Shown here piece by piece: positions 1 through 10,019 of a stretch of 64,000 bases of DNA (position 1 is the stretch's first letter; every line of letters begins with the position of its first letter). The DNA comes from a virus: IMG/VR virus record IMGVR_UViG_3300032282_001282, positions 22,284 through 86,283 of that record, one strand, 5' to 3'. Under the pieces are notes generated by a model. It was not told where the DNA came from, did no database searches, and was given only the letters and a program-made list of their open reading frames with translations. The position numbers were made by a program, and so were the translations under genes.

Positions 1-536
1 TGAAACACCTGTCCTAATTGCCAGTCGGTTAACATAATAGCAAAGCGTCGATAGACTTCGGGGTTTTCGTCAAACTTAGTGACCTTAAAACTATTTTCAC
101 GTATAGGATTACCGGGAAAGTTATCTATGTGTGTAACTAACATCTGTCCTGTACGTTGATTGTGGAAGTTAACGTCAGCTCTAGTAAGACCTAATATGTC
201 TCGGATCATACTAAACACACCAACGTTTGTTACGTTTTTGCGATCGTAAATTTCCATTTTAGGATCAGCACCGGCACGTATTAAATCAGCTTCTTCGGCA
301 CTGGCGGTATACAACTCGCCTTTTACTTTGTGTTTGTTACGGTCAGCCCAACCTGTTGCTTTCGATGTTGGCGTACATTGTTGTATAGCCGCTGTAAAAT
401 CGTAATTAAAACGACAAACGTATGTATAACTGTCCTTACCCGGCTCAGGAGGCCGAGTGGGATCAAAATGCCAACGACTTGTAGCCTTTGTGCCTTCCCA
501 ACGGCTACCGTTCCAATCTAAATATTTTTCTGTCAT
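1..536 (-). CDS. 2OG-Fe(II) oxygenase-like protein, runs off the window edge; paralog of 5634..6368
   Basis: Not in the ORF track. Manual translation from ATG at 536: MTEKYLDWNGSRWEGTKATSRWHFD...HNQRTGQMLVTHIDN...RRFAIMLTDWQLGQVF. Has an HxD motif and aligns with HVQKTGQMFTAHID...RATVMLEDWKPGQF of 5634..6368. Confidence 0.7.
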   Translation of the reverse strand, partial: MTEKYLDWNGSRWEGTKATSRWHFDPTRPPEPGKDSYTYVCRFNYDFTAAIQQCTPTSKATGWADRNKHKVKGELYTASAEEADLIRAGADPKMEIYDRKNVTNVGVFSMIRDILGLTRADVNFHNQRTGQMLVTHIDNFPGNPIRENSFKVTKFDENPEVYRRFAIMLTDWQLGQVF

Positions 537-1496
537 TTATTTTGTGGAGAGCGATTTAATTAACGGATTAAAAGTTTTTCTTAAATCTTCAACATGACTT
601 TTAATACCTTGTGGGTATAACTCTTCTTCAACGTAGAATACAAAGTTTAAGTCAGCATATTCTTTATACTCTGGACTACGTATTGCATCTGCAAAAACAC
701 GTTGATACCAATCGACTATGTCCTTGGGTGCATTCGGTGGCAACAACAAACTCCATCCGCCATAGATATTAATGTTTCCTACTGAATCTCTTAGTAGTGG
801 GACATTTGGTAACTGTGGCAACTTTTTATTACCAGTTAAGCCGATGAATTTAATTTTGCCTGCTTCAGCCAACGGCCTTGCAACAGCACTAGGTAATACG
901 CCAAACTCAATACCGGCATCACTGGCAACACTGGTTACAACCTGCGCCGGTCCTTGAAATTGAATATACTGTACCTGTTGATTTCCATTGGCTTTAAGCA
1001 TCATGTATTCGTAGACCATACGATGTGCTCCGCTACCAACTCCAACGTTAATAGGATTTTGTGTAGTCTGTAGTCTCTTTACAAATTCAGCCGGAGTGTT
1101 TGTTCGGCTGTCGGCTTTTGCAACCAAGGCCAGTGGACTCTTGCCAATGGTCATTATGTCGGTGAAACTATTGTAATTAAATTTTTTAACATCCGCTTGC
1201 CAAATATCGTTAGTAACATAGATACTCATTTGACTGGGAATTAAAATAGTATAACCGTCAGCTGGCGTAGTTACAAAACTGTTGAGAGCCACTACTCCAT
1301 CTGCGCCAACTTTGTTTTCAAATATAAATTTAACATCAGGGTTGCGTTTAGAAATAATGTTTGCAATAGCTCTGAATGTAAGTTCATTACCTGTGCCTGG
1401 GCCATAACCTATCACTACGTTAATTGGTTTAGTGGGTTCCCAAGCAAATGCGGCCAATGGAAATAGCAATAATGCTAATAGAAGTTTTTTTATCAT
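537..1496 (-). CDS. Bug/TctC tripartite tricarboxylate transporter substrate-binding protein
   Basis: Signal peptide; P.KPI.V.IGYGPG.G motif; ENKVGADG; ADGYT; AGKIKFIG; typical Bug-family layout. Confidence 0.85.
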   Translation of the reverse strand: MIKKLLLALLLFPLAAFAWEPTKPINVVIGYGPGTGNELTFRAIANIISKRNPDVKFIFENKVGADGVVALNSFVTTPADGYTILIPSQMSIYVTNDIWQADVKKFNYNSFTDIMTIGKSPLALVAKADSRTNTPAEFVKRLQTTQNPINVGVGSGAHRMVYEYMMLKANGNQQVQYIQFQGPAQVVTSVASDAGIEFGVLPSAVARPLAEAGKIKFIGLTGNKKLPQLPNVPLLRDSVGNINIYGGWSLLLPPNAPKDIVDWYQRVFADAIRSPEYKEYADLNFVFYVEEELYPQGIKSHVEDLRKTFNPLIKSLSTK

Positions 1497-1542
1497 TTTG
1501 ATTGAAATTCTGATGTGCCTAATACTTATACTAGTTTCTACA

Positions 1543-1571
1543 AGTATAAACTGTTATTTTATCAAAGTCAA
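1543..1571 (-). promoter_or_regulatory. sigma70-type promoter for the TctC gene
   Basis: Minus strand TTGACT-N17-TATACT. Confidence 0.6.
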
Positions 1572-1626
1572 GCCATGACCTAAATAATTTAGTAGACACC
1601 ATGTCTACTATTTCAAGGAGGCAAAT

Positions 1627-2394
1627 TTGTCCAAACGACAACGAGGTAATAGAGCAGAGGCTCTAATTGTAGATAATCACAGTAGTTTTAGTAGTAATAA
1701 TACAGTAAGGTTGGACTTGTATCAGAAACCTAGTAAGTTTCAACAACGCCCAATTACGCTGATCCCAAAAAGTCTTGCCCAAGAGACCTATATTGACCTA
1801 TTAACCGATCCCGAAAAACTTATAGTGTTTGCCACAGGCCCAGCGGGCACAGGCAAAACAATGCTGGCTGTACTGGCCGCACTCAAAGCATTTAGGGATG
1901 GCAAAATAGAACGTATAGTCGTAACAAGACCTGCTGTGGGAGTCGATGATGAAGAACATGGGTTTTTACCCGGAGACTTAAATGAAAAGATGGCTCCGTG
2001 GACTAGACCTATATTTGACATAATCGGCGAATACTACCGCCAAACAGAAATCGTACGTATGCTAGATGAAAATCAAATTGAGATCAGTCCCCTAGCCTAT
2101 ATGAGAGGTAGAACATTTAAAAAATCGTGGATTATTGCAGACGAAATGCAAAACGCGACACCAAGTCAGATGAAAATGTTACTCACACGATTAGGGGAAG
2201 GCAGTAAAATGATCGTTACAGGTGATACACGCCAAGCAGATAGACAGGAGGACGACAACGGATTGTTGGATTTCCAGCGTTTAGTAGAGGATTATCAACG
2301 CTGTAAATATGTGTCTGGAATCGAGTTCGATCACAGAGATATTCAACGACACCCTGCTGTGCTTGAAATTCTTAAAATTTACAAGGAGGTCTAG
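1627..2394 (+). CDS. phoH: PhoH-like ATPase
   Basis: GPAGTGKT Walker A; RPAV; GFLPGDL; PLAYMRGRTF; DEMQN; LTRLGEGSK; GD..Q.D. Confidence 0.95.
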   Translation: MSKRQRGNRAEALIVDNHSSFSSNNTVRLDLYQKPSKFQQRPITLIPKSLAQETYIDLLTDPEKLIVFATGPAGTGKTMLAVLAALKAFRDGKIERIVVTRPAVGVDDEEHGFLPGDLNEKMAPWTRPIFDIIGEYYRQTEIVRMLDENQIEISPLAYMRGRTFKKSWIIADEMQNATPSQMKMLLTRLGEGSKMIVTGDTRQADRQEDDNGLLDFQRLVEDYQRCKYVSGIEFDHRDIQRHPAVLEILKIYKEV

Positions 2395-2415
2395 TTTATA
2401 CAAATTAGATAGAGT

Positions 2416-2439
2416 AAACCCGGGATCTTCCCGGGTTTT
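2416..2439 (+). terminator. intrinsic terminator hairpin after phoH
   Basis: aaacccggga-tct-tcccgggttt followed by T-rich sequence. Confidence 0.7.
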
Positions 2440-2557
2440 GTTATACCCCCCACTAAATACTATAAATATTTCAAGTATGCCTTGCTGTGCCCCCCAAATT
2501 CACAAACATTATTTAATTAAGGCATAAATATGTTTATATCACTAGGAGATTTACAAT

Positions 2558-3595
2558 ATGTCAGACCGCAGAAAAATTCGTTGGTTAATTGCCCACTTTC
2601 CGGTACACCTATTTCAAAGAACTGCCGAAGCATTTGGCCGCGAACTAGAAACTTTGTGCCCAGGACAATTTGAACTCGAAATCCACACTTTAGATACTTT
2701 TGCAGAAAAGTACAGCGACAAGTATAGCAATATCAATAAGCGTATGCCACGCTTGCCAGGCTTAGAAGATAAGCAAGGAATTGCAAAGAAGCATGCCGCT
2801 ACTGACGTTAAAGAAATGTACGAAAAATGGGATACATTCTTTGATGGTTTGCGTGAAGGCGATTTCGAAATGAGCCAAACACAAGTATTTACAGTTGCTG
2901 AAAAATTACATAATAAAGATTTTGCCGCACTAGATTTACCATTCTTGTTTGACAATCACGACCACGTTAGCCGTGTATTAGATGGCGAAATTGGTGACGA
3001 GCTATGCAAAGGCCTAGAAAATGAAAAGATTCGTGGTTTAGCATTTACTTACTCCGGTGGTTATCGCATTATCGGTAGCACAAATGGTCTAAGCAACCTT
3101 AGTGATTTAGCACACACAGATTTGATCGTTGCTAACCGTCCAAGCGAAGTATTGTTTGGCAATGGTTTTGGAACTCCAATCCTACGTCGCTCTGAAGTTG
3201 CTAACGCTAGTTTAGCTGAAGGTGTAAATGACGGCATGGCTGTTGAAACTACATACATTCGCTTTACTGGTAAGCACGTATTAAAAACAAATCACAGTAT
3301 TTTCATGACAACTATCTTAACTGGTACTAAGTTCTTAGATAGTTTAACAGAAGACCAACGTAATGCATTTATGGTTGCCGCAAAGCGTGTAGCTAAGATC
3401 GAACGTGAGTGGTCTGTTGCAGATGCTGAAAAATACGAACGCGATGCTGTAACCAATGGTGTTACAATCATTGACTTGTCTGAAGAAGACCAGGCGTTGT
3501 TACAGAAGCGAGCAAAACTAAGCTATCGCCATGTTGAAGACATGGGTATCGATGTAAACTTAGTAAAACGTATTATTGAACGTCGTAAAGATTAA
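2558..3595 (+). CDS. TRAP DctP-like solute-binding protein without signal peptide
   Basis: ALDLPFLFDNHDHV.RVLDGEIG and GLAFTYSGGYR motifs; no hydrophobic N-terminus. Confidence 0.75.
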   Translation: MSDRRKIRWLIAHFPVHLFQRTAEAFGRELETLCPGQFELEIHTLDTFAEKYSDKYSNINKRMPRLPGLEDKQGIAKKHAATDVKEMYEKWDTFFDGLREGDFEMSQTQVFTVAEKLHNKDFAALDLPFLFDNHDHVSRVLDGEIGDELCKGLENEKIRGLAFTYSGGYRIIGSTNGLSNLSDLAHTDLIVANRPSEVLFGNGFGTPILRRSEVANASLAEGVNDGMAVETTYIRFTGKHVLKTNHSIFMTTILTGTKFLDSLTEDQRNAFMVAAKRVAKIEREWSVADAEKYERDAVTNGVTIIDLSEEDQALLQKRAKLSYRHVEDMGIDVNLVKRIIERRKD

Positions 3596-4719
3596 ATATC
3601 ACCCACGTAATAACGTGGGCTGTATTTAGGAATAGTGCCCCGGCCGTTGAGAAACTCCGGGGCTATATTTTTGGCTAGATAATCTGCACCTTGTGCCCAA
3701 ACATCACGTGCTCGACTAAACTGTTTTGTATTATAGAACCAAGTATCAAACTCATTGTCCCAATCGCTCTGCGGCTTGTCGACCTGGAACCACGTATTGT
3801 CCCATGTTGTTTGATACACAACTCCACGTAAGATCTTTTCCTTGGCAGTTTTAAATATACTGTTAGTACTAGACCAAATACGCTGATAGGTAGGATTGAC
3901 TTGTAAGAATCGTAAGAAGGTATGACATTGTTTAGCAAGTATATCGCAAGCTTCAGGCGACCAGTAAAAGAATTCTACTGTGCTGTTATCGTATTCACCA
4001 AAGTTTGGATTGATGTTAATGTTATTAGCTGGCTTGTCTATAAACTGTAGATAGAGTTTGCCGTCAACAATAGTACACGGCGGCTTATCAATGCCTAGTA
4101 TAATACCAATGTTTTGTCGGCTGTCAATACGTGAACGTACTTCTTTAACGTGGTAATAATTGTAACGTTGATTACCGCCAGGATTAATAACATCACGACT
4201 GTCTAACACCCAAGACTCGTCACGTGCTTTTAAGTAATAGGTTAAGATGTCTTTGCTAGAATCGTATACTGTAACCTTAGTATTAGGCATATTATCTGCA
4301 ATCCATTGCATCTTATCCTTGACTGTTAGTTCATACTCGGCGTTTTGATTCCACGTTTCTGTAATTGCGGGATCTAGTACTAGGAAGTCAGTTTTACTTG
4401 CTTCAAAGATCCAGTTAGTAATAATTTCATCAATGTGCAGACCTTGACGATAGAATGACATTAGGATATTATGACTGTCTGCACCACCTGAGTAACTTAG
4501 GATAATGTAATCATATTGTTCACGTAGTTCACGTGCCCTACGATCATATAGTGCATCTAATGACAGTTCTGGTTCATGACTAAAATCGTACGCATCAAAT
4601 ACATCATTGTTAAACACCCATTCAACAGGCAGTTTATTTTGTGTAGCGTGTAGCAAACAGCGGGCTTTGCTGGCAAATGCTTGATTGCCAGCAATATAAT
4701 ATCCTAAGGATTTATTCAT
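3592..4719 (-). CDS. PP-loop (adenine nucleotide alpha-hydrolase) family protein
   Basis: ILSYSGGADS PP-loop motif; paralog of 41990..43105. Confidence 0.7.
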   Translation of the reverse strand: MNKSLGYYIAGNQAFASKARCLLHATQNKLPVEWVFNNDVFDAYDFSHEPELSLDALYDRRARELREQYDYIILSYSGGADSHNILMSFYRQGLHIDEIITNWIFEASKTDFLVLDPAITETWNQNAEYELTVKDKMQWIADNMPNTKVTVYDSSKDILTYYLKARDESWVLDSRDVINPGGNQRYNYYHVKEVRSRIDSRQNIGIILGIDKPPCTIVDGKLYLQFIDKPANNININPNFGEYDNSTVEFFYWSPEACDILAKQCHTFLRFLQVNPTYQRIWSSTNSIFKTAKEKILRGVVYQTTWDNTWFQVDKPQSDWDNEFDTWFYNTKQFSRARDVWAQGADYLAKNIAPEFLNGRGTIPKYSPRYYVGDI

Positions 4720-5624
4720 TATTGTAGTGGCTTAACTTTTGCGGCTTGCTCGCGCCAGAACTTAACCTGTTGGTTAAACCAGCTAACTGTTTGTGCCCAG
4801 GTAAAATCTGCTGGTGTTGAAAACTCTCTAGCATAACCAGCTTGTACATCCGGTGCCCGGTTAGCTACACGTAGTAGCTCATATAGCTCTCGAACTTTTT
4901 CTGCAGGCATCTCAGTACTAGCAACAATAACAGTATTGGTACTTACATTTTCAAATCCTTTGATACCTTGGCTTGCTAAAGTTGGGTGGCCTTTGATGCT
5001 ACGTGTTCCTGTTAGGCCTAGCACACTTGTCAAATTTGCGTCAACTGCGCCTTCAATTTCACTTAACCAGTTCCAACCAGTATCAATATGTCGACCTAAT
5101 ACATCTTTATTGGCATCTACTAAACTAGTGTAATTAACAATACGAACACCGCTATAATGTTCGCCTAAAATACTTCCCATTAAATTACTGTGGCTACCAT
5201 AACCGCTGATTGATGTCGTAAACCCATAGTCTTTCTTTATATCTTTGACGCTTTTGTATTGTGTACTAAAGAGTGCAACTGGTGCGCCAAGGGTTTGAAC
5301 TAATACTGGTTGAAAACTTTCTGCGGCATATCCTGTTTCTTTATCAAAGTTTGGCCGAATAAAGAACGTGCTTGTGCCACCGAGTAATGTATTCTTAGGA
5401 TTATCCAATATATACTTTGCGGCTACTGCACCACCTGCACCAGGTTTAGTTTCAAAAACAAACTCGTACTTGGTTTGATTCTTATTAAGATCTGCTACCA
5501 TAGCACGATAAAAGTTTGCTTGGTTAGCGGCAGGACTAAAACCCCAGACTAAGGTAATTCTTTCTGCGGCCATTGCCGTGACTGAAGCGGCCATAAGTGC
5601 GGCCAACACTATTTTTTTAAACAT
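4719..5624 (-). CDS. Bug/TctC-like substrate-binding protein
   Basis: Signal peptide; ETKPGAGGAVAA; PTLASQGIKGF. Confidence 0.75.
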   Translation of the reverse strand: MFKKIVLAALMAASVTAMAAERITLVWGFSPAANQANFYRAMVADLNKNQTKYEFVFETKPGAGGAVAAKYILDNPKNTLLGGTSTFFIRPNFDKETGYAAESFQPVLVQTLGAPVALFSTQYKSVKDIKKDYGFTTSISGYGSHSNLMGSILGEHYSGVRIVNYTSLVDANKDVLGRHIDTGWNWLSEIEGAVDANLTSVLGLTGTRSIKGHPTLASQGIKGFENVSTNTVIVASTEMPAEKVRELYELLRVANRAPDVQAGYAREFSTPADFTWAQTVSWFNQQVKFWREQAAKVKPLQ

Positions 5625-5633
5625 TTAATTTTC

Positions 5634-6368
5634 CTATTTGAAATTTCTTACATTGAACTTGGGATCAGTACGATCTGTTCTAAGTCCAGTTACTTGCAAA
5701 GTCATGCGGCTATGCTCACTTGCATTGGCTGTGGCGTGTGGAACATTTGGCCAATCATGCATATGAACTTCTCCGGCTCTCCATTGTTGATATACAGAGT
5801 TACCATATATCATAAACTGTCCGGGCTTCCAATCTTCTAACATAACAGTAGCACGGACAATATCTAAAGGATCGTAACCATAGTCCTGGTTATCAGGATT
5901 ACCATTACCATCCCGGTAAAACAATCTTTGTATTGGGTCTATGTGTGCTGTAAACATTTGCCCAGTTTTTTGTACATGACAACGAGAGTGTGTCACACTA
6001 AAATTAAAACTGTCAATAACTTTTTGTAATTCAGGAAACTCTGTAAAGTCATCAAAGACATCAGTTAATTCGATTTGATCGAGATTGCCACCGCCCCGAG
6101 CAATATCAGACTTGCGTTTGTCGATGCCCAGTACAATTTGCTTGGAACCACCTGTATAGGTAATGTTGTTCCAAGTGGCAGAAAAACTGCGATTGCGTAT
6201 AACAGGAAGGTAGTCGTTCCACGTTACTGGAACACTACCTAATACCATAAATGTTGAGTTGGGTCTGTCTTGTTTAAAATTATCAAAGTGGTAAGAGCTT
6301 TTTGTCTTTGACCACTCCCATACGCTATCGTAATCTGCTAGAGTTTTTGGTTTATTTGAGTTTTCCAT
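5634..6368 (-). CDS. 2OG-Fe(II) oxygenase-like protein
   Basis: AHID (HxD), distal H in VPHATAN, and R.TLQVTG at the end of a DSBH fold. Confidence 0.7.
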   Translation of the reverse strand: MENSNKPKTLADYDSVWEWSKTKSSYHFDNFKQDRPNSTFMVLGSVPVTWNDYLPVIRNRSFSATWNNITYTGGSKQIVLGIDKRKSDIARGGGNLDQIELTDVFDDFTEFPELQKVIDSFNFSVTHSRCHVQKTGQMFTAHIDPIQRLFYRDGNGNPDNQDYGYDPLDIVRATVMLEDWKPGQFMIYGNSVYQQWRAGEVHMHDWPNVPHATANASEHSRMTLQVTGLRTDRTDPKFNVRNFK

Positions 6369-7314
6369 TTGTTAATTGATCAAGCAGTCCTGAGCTAAAA
6401 TAAGTGTTAAACTTATTATACAGTCCTGCTGTTGCAGATACAAATTTTTCTTTTTCATTTGCAGTCATGCGTACAGTAGGAATGCCTTGCTCAGCGGCAC
6501 GTTTTTGAATTACAACATTATCGGCTAGGCTATGATCACGTTCGATTTGAGCGGCTCTCATAGCGGCACGAGCAAAAATGCCCTGTACCTTTTCACCTAA
6601 GGCTAACCAAGTTTGTTGGTTGATAATTAAACTGGTTAGGAACAAGCTGTGTTCGTTATCATTAATATGTGTAGTTTGCTTATCGTGGCCTAGTACAAAG
6701 AAACGAGTGTAAGTAGTTTCACCACCATCAACACGACCAGTTTCTAAACTAGCTTCTAAGTCTTCGATAAACATTGGAACTGGAGTAGAGCCAACGGCCT
6801 TGAAAGTTTCAACTGCTACTGGGTTATTACCACAGCCGATATTCATACTAGCAAAATCGCCAATGGATTCGATTGCACGATTACTTGGAACAATACGGAA
6901 ACCACCTGAGTAAGTAAATGCTAGTCCACGGATATTGCTATTATCAGCAACTTTGGCCAACATGTGTTGCCCAACTGGACCATCAATAACTTGACGTGCT
7001 TGCTCATCGCTGTTGAATAAGAATGGCATTGTTAGTGCATACATATCTTTGTCAACACGACCTAAAGTACTTGCATAAACTGTAGCCATGTCAATAATAC
7101 CATTATCAACTAAACCGATAACACGCTCACGGTCTGTAGTGTGTTCTGTTAAATTATCTTTAGCAATAGCGTTCCATTCTTTAAGATCTAGAACATTAAT
7201 TGTATATTGACCGTTGGTTTCTGTATAAACTTCTTCGGCAAAGCTCTTAGCGGCTTCAATAAAAACATGGTAAGGCTCATGGGCCAATACCCAGTTTAGG
7301 GTGTACTTTTGCAT
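6352..7314 (-). CDS. TRAP DctP-like solute-binding protein without signal peptide
   Basis: MPFLF; IRGLAFTYSGGFR; G.VDGGE; paralog of 2558..3595. Confidence 0.75.
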   Translation of the reverse strand: MQKYTLNWVLAHEPYHVFIEAAKSFAEEVYTETNGQYTINVLDLKEWNAIAKDNLTEHTTDRERVIGLVDNGIIDMATVYASTLGRVDKDMYALTMPFLFNSDEQARQVIDGPVGQHMLAKVADNSNIRGLAFTYSGGFRIVPSNRAIESIGDFASMNIGCGNNPVAVETFKAVGSTPVPMFIEDLEASLETGRVDGGETTYTRFFVLGHDKQTTHINDNEHSLFLTSLIINQQTWLALGEKVQGIFARAAMRAAQIERDHSLADNVVIQKRAAEQGIPTVRMTANEKEKFVSATAGLYNKFNTYFSSGLLDQLTNGKLK

Positions 7315-7349
7315 TTTGGGGTCTCCTGTTGGACTGCTACTTGATATAA

Positions 7350-7946
7350 TTATTTATCTACAGGACCGGCAATAATACTATAAACTTCTTCCCAGTTTTT
7401 AACTGTACGCACACCATCGTGATAGTGATTCATATTATGCCCGTGTTCCATTAACAGAGCATTTAATCCCAAATTTGCACCCAATTCAGCGTTTTGCGGT
7501 TTATCTTCAATCCACCAGCAACCTGTGTCGCGGTATGGGTATAGTGCTTCATCTTTGTCTGCGCCTGTGGCCAAACAAACAACACGTTGGAATACCGTAT
7601 CTCCAAATAGTTTACTTAGATTCATTTCCCTAAGTCGTTGTGCATTTGGGTCTGTGCTTAGGCTAGTAATACAATGGAAAACATACCCATGTTCTTCGTG
7701 TAGCTTTTTAACATAGTGTATGGCATCACGTAACGGAGGCAAGAAACCAATTGCGGCACTTTCGTTAAACATCTTAATTAGACGTTTGCCTTGGTCCTTA
7801 CTAATACCGTACCTTGTGCCAATATCATAGTTAAATTCACCACCGGGTAGTTTTTCAAATCCGTGTGTTTCTAACCAAATATTAAATGCGTACTCCCAAT
7901 TGAGTAACACACCATCTGCATCTACTAATATAACTGATTCTTTCAT
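7350..7946 (-). CDS. HAD-superfamily hydrolase, 5'(3')-deoxyribonucleotidase-like
   Basis: DADGVL motif I; ITS motif II; IEDK motif IV. Confidence 0.75.
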   Translation of the reverse strand: MKESVILVDADGVLLNWEYAFNIWLETHGFEKLPGGEFNYDIGTRYGISKDQGKRLIKMFNESAAIGFLPPLRDAIHYVKKLHEEHGYVFHCITSLSTDPNAQRLREMNLSKLFGDTVFQRVVCLATGADKDEALYPYRDTGCWWIEDKPQNAELGANLGLNALLMEHGHNMNHYHDGVRTVKNWEEVYSIIAGPVDK

Positions 7947-8398
7947 TCTGCTCCTTTTGTTAGTTCACATACTAACATAAAATGATCGTATGCTTGTCTA
8001 ACACTTTCATGTTTCAATAGTTTGTCTGCTTCTGCTTGCATAGCGTGTACACCAGCTTCGGCACAATCACGGATGCTGAGTCCTTGTAGTGTACACAGCT
8101 CGTCACCAAAGGCTTCAGCAAGAGCATGCCAAGCTCGTTTCTGCTCTGGGGTAACAGTCGCCTGTTTTGGGCGTAGTTCACTGGCCTTTTGTATAGCCTT
8201 ACATATAGCATCTTCTGCTATACGGCTAGCGGCTATCATTGGTGCGTAAGCAGGATCGACATTATACCTACGACTAGAACCACCTGGGTATACACTTAGC
8301 AAGTGATGGCCTTTGGGTAATGCGTCCATTAGTTCAGTATCGTACTCATATACTGGAACATATCGACGGCCTTCTTTTTTGTAATACAACTGCTTCAT
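7943..8398 (-). CDS. hypothetical protein
   Basis: ORF translationally coupled to its neighbours. Confidence 0.6.
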   Translation of the reverse strand: MKQLYYKKEGRRYVPVYEYDTELMDALPKGHHLLSVYPGGSSRRYNVDPAYAPMIAASRIAEDAICKAIQKASELRPKQATVTPEQKRAWHALAEAFGDELCTLQGLSIRDCAEAGVHAMQAEADKLLKHESVRQAYDHFMLVCELTKGAE

Positions 8399-9066
8399 AG
8401 TACTTTTACATAATTTAGATTTGTAACACGAGCATTACCGCGGTACTTGTCTTTGTTATGTGCTTTAACTTTACCTTGGATACGGCCTGCTTCAATAATT
8501 TTCTTATTGTCCTTAGCCCAATAAAAAATCAAATCCCCATTGTCGTCATTGCCGTATACTGCATAACAATCCATACTAGGGACATATCGGCTTTCAATAA
8601 TTGAAAAATTTACAACAATTTTTTCGCCAATTTTGCCAACAAAATTACTTTGGTGTTCGTAACGAGCACTTACTTCGCGGATCTGATCTTTTTTCTTTTG
8701 ATCGTGGGCAAGTTTTGGAGCCCATGCAAGTAGCCCAATATCTCGTATGTTGAGATTTTCGTTGCCGAGTATTTCTGCAATTTTATGAAGGAATTGATTT
8801 GAGCTACCCTTGGTCAAGGTTTGCATTATATGTGTCTGTTGCAGGAAAGACACAATGTCTTCGGCTTCAGCACGATGCGAATCTTTAATTTCAAAATTTG
8901 ATGTTTGATTTAGCACACCAAGGATAATTTCTCTGTTGGGTGCTAGTTTTTCTGGGCCGTTGGCATCACGAACAACTTTTTGTTGGTTGTGTTCAAAGGC
9001 GGCAACTGCTACTGCAAGAGCCTGAATAGTAGAAAAATGTTTTTGCTTATTCACAGGCAACTCCAT
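8395..9066 (-). CDS. hypothetical protein with possible C-terminal OB-fold
   Basis: FVGKIGEKI...GKVKAH..YRG..VTNLNYVK; directly downstream of an early promoter. Confidence 0.55.
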   Translation of the reverse strand: MELPVNKQKHFSTIQALAVAVAAFEHNQQKVVRDANGPEKLAPNREIILGVLNQTSNFEIKDSHRAEAEDIVSFLQQTHIMQTLTKGSSNQFLHKIAEILGNENLNIRDIGLLAWAPKLAHDQKKKDQIREVSARYEHQSNFVGKIGEKIVVNFSIIESRYVPSMDCYAVYGNDDNGDLIFYWAKDNKKIIEAGRIQGKVKAHNKDKYRGNARVTNLNYVKVL

Positions 9067-9082
9067 ATTTAAGATATGCTAT

Positions 9083-9111
9083 ATTATAGCATATTGGGAA
9101 TATTGGGTCAA
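9083..9111 (-). promoter_or_regulatory. early sigma70-type promoter with conserved TTCCCA spacer
   Basis: TTGACC-CAATATTCCCAATATGC-TATAAT. Confidence 0.75.
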
Positions 9112-9353
9112 CCTTTTTTGATCTGGGAAATGTAGCGGTGTAGCTCGCTTAAATAGGCACTTTGATTGCTCATTTTGCCTTCTAAATCACGTACCCTGCG
9201 ATTTAAGTTTTGGTTTTCAGACTGCAATTGGTCCATGGTAACTTTGTTATCTTTAAGTACTTTTTCGTGACTTAGTAAGTTAGGGCGTGGTGGCGCATTA
9301 GGGTCCACCGGACGCTTCTTCTTTACCTTGTACATACTTTTGATATCTATCAT
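9108..9353 (-). CDS. hypothetical coiled-coil protein
   Basis: ORF with heptad-like C-terminal half. Confidence 0.55.
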   Translation of the reverse strand: MIDIKSMYKVKKKRPVDPNAPPRPNLLSHEKVLKDNKVTMDQLQSENQNLNRRVRDLEGKMSNQSAYLSELHRYISQIKKG

Positions 9354-9673
9354 ACGTAATATTTATCGCCTAGTACACTTGGTACCTTGATACAAACGGT
9401 ATAGGTATCTTCTAAATATACACATTCAAGAGTTTCTCCTGCCCTAACTTCGAATATATCACCTTTGACAAAATGCTCGCCGTTGGCAATAACATGTCCT
9501 TCGGTGATTAAACTTAGTTCTTTGGCAATTTTATGAACGTGCTTGGGGCTAATATCATCCTTAGGGTTAAACTGATAACTTACTTCAAACTTGTCAGTTT
9601 TCCAGATAGCACGATCAAATGCACCAATGAACCAGCCACGGTCACCGCTTTCACTCAGCTTGAACCGTTTCAT
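9350..9673 (-). CDS. cupin-fold protein
   Basis: KHVHK...E.SLITEG...KGDIF cupin pattern. Confidence 0.65.
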   Translation of the reverse strand: MKRFKLSESGDRGWFIGAFDRAIWKTDKFEVSYQFNPKDDISPKHVHKIAKELSLITEGHVIANGEHFVKGDIFEVRAGETLECVYLEDTYTVCIKVPSVLGDKYYV

Positions 9674-10019
9674 CTTTCTTTTCTTCTTCTTTAGGAATAA
9701 ATTGTTCTAGGTAGGCCAAATCTAATTCAGCCATTACTGTGGCTACTTCTTTTGGATAACCCTCTAAGAAGTATTTAAAAAGACTATCAAAGTCTTTTTG
9801 TTCAGTGTCGTAGCGATTTTGTACAACAGTTTTTTTATTAAGATTTAGTACAACTCCAGCGTACTGTTGATCTTTACCGGACAGGCCTTTGGTAAACTCA
9901 ACACGTTCGTCGAATTGAATATTCTTTGGATCTTTATTCCAGCCAGGTTGTTCTGTGCGAACTCCGCGGCGTGGTTTCATTACATAAAATGCTACAAGGT
10001 GTAGGTCTTTGATTTTCAT
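9651..10019 (-). CDS. hypothetical protein
   Basis: ORF coupled to the clamp loader gene. Confidence 0.55.
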   Translation of the reverse strand: MKIKDLHLVAFYVMKPRRGVRTEQPGWNKDPKNIQFDERVEFTKGLSGKDQQYAGVVLNLNKKTVVQNRYDTEQKDFDSLFKYFLEGYPKEVATVMAELDLAYLEQFIPKEEEKKDETVQAE

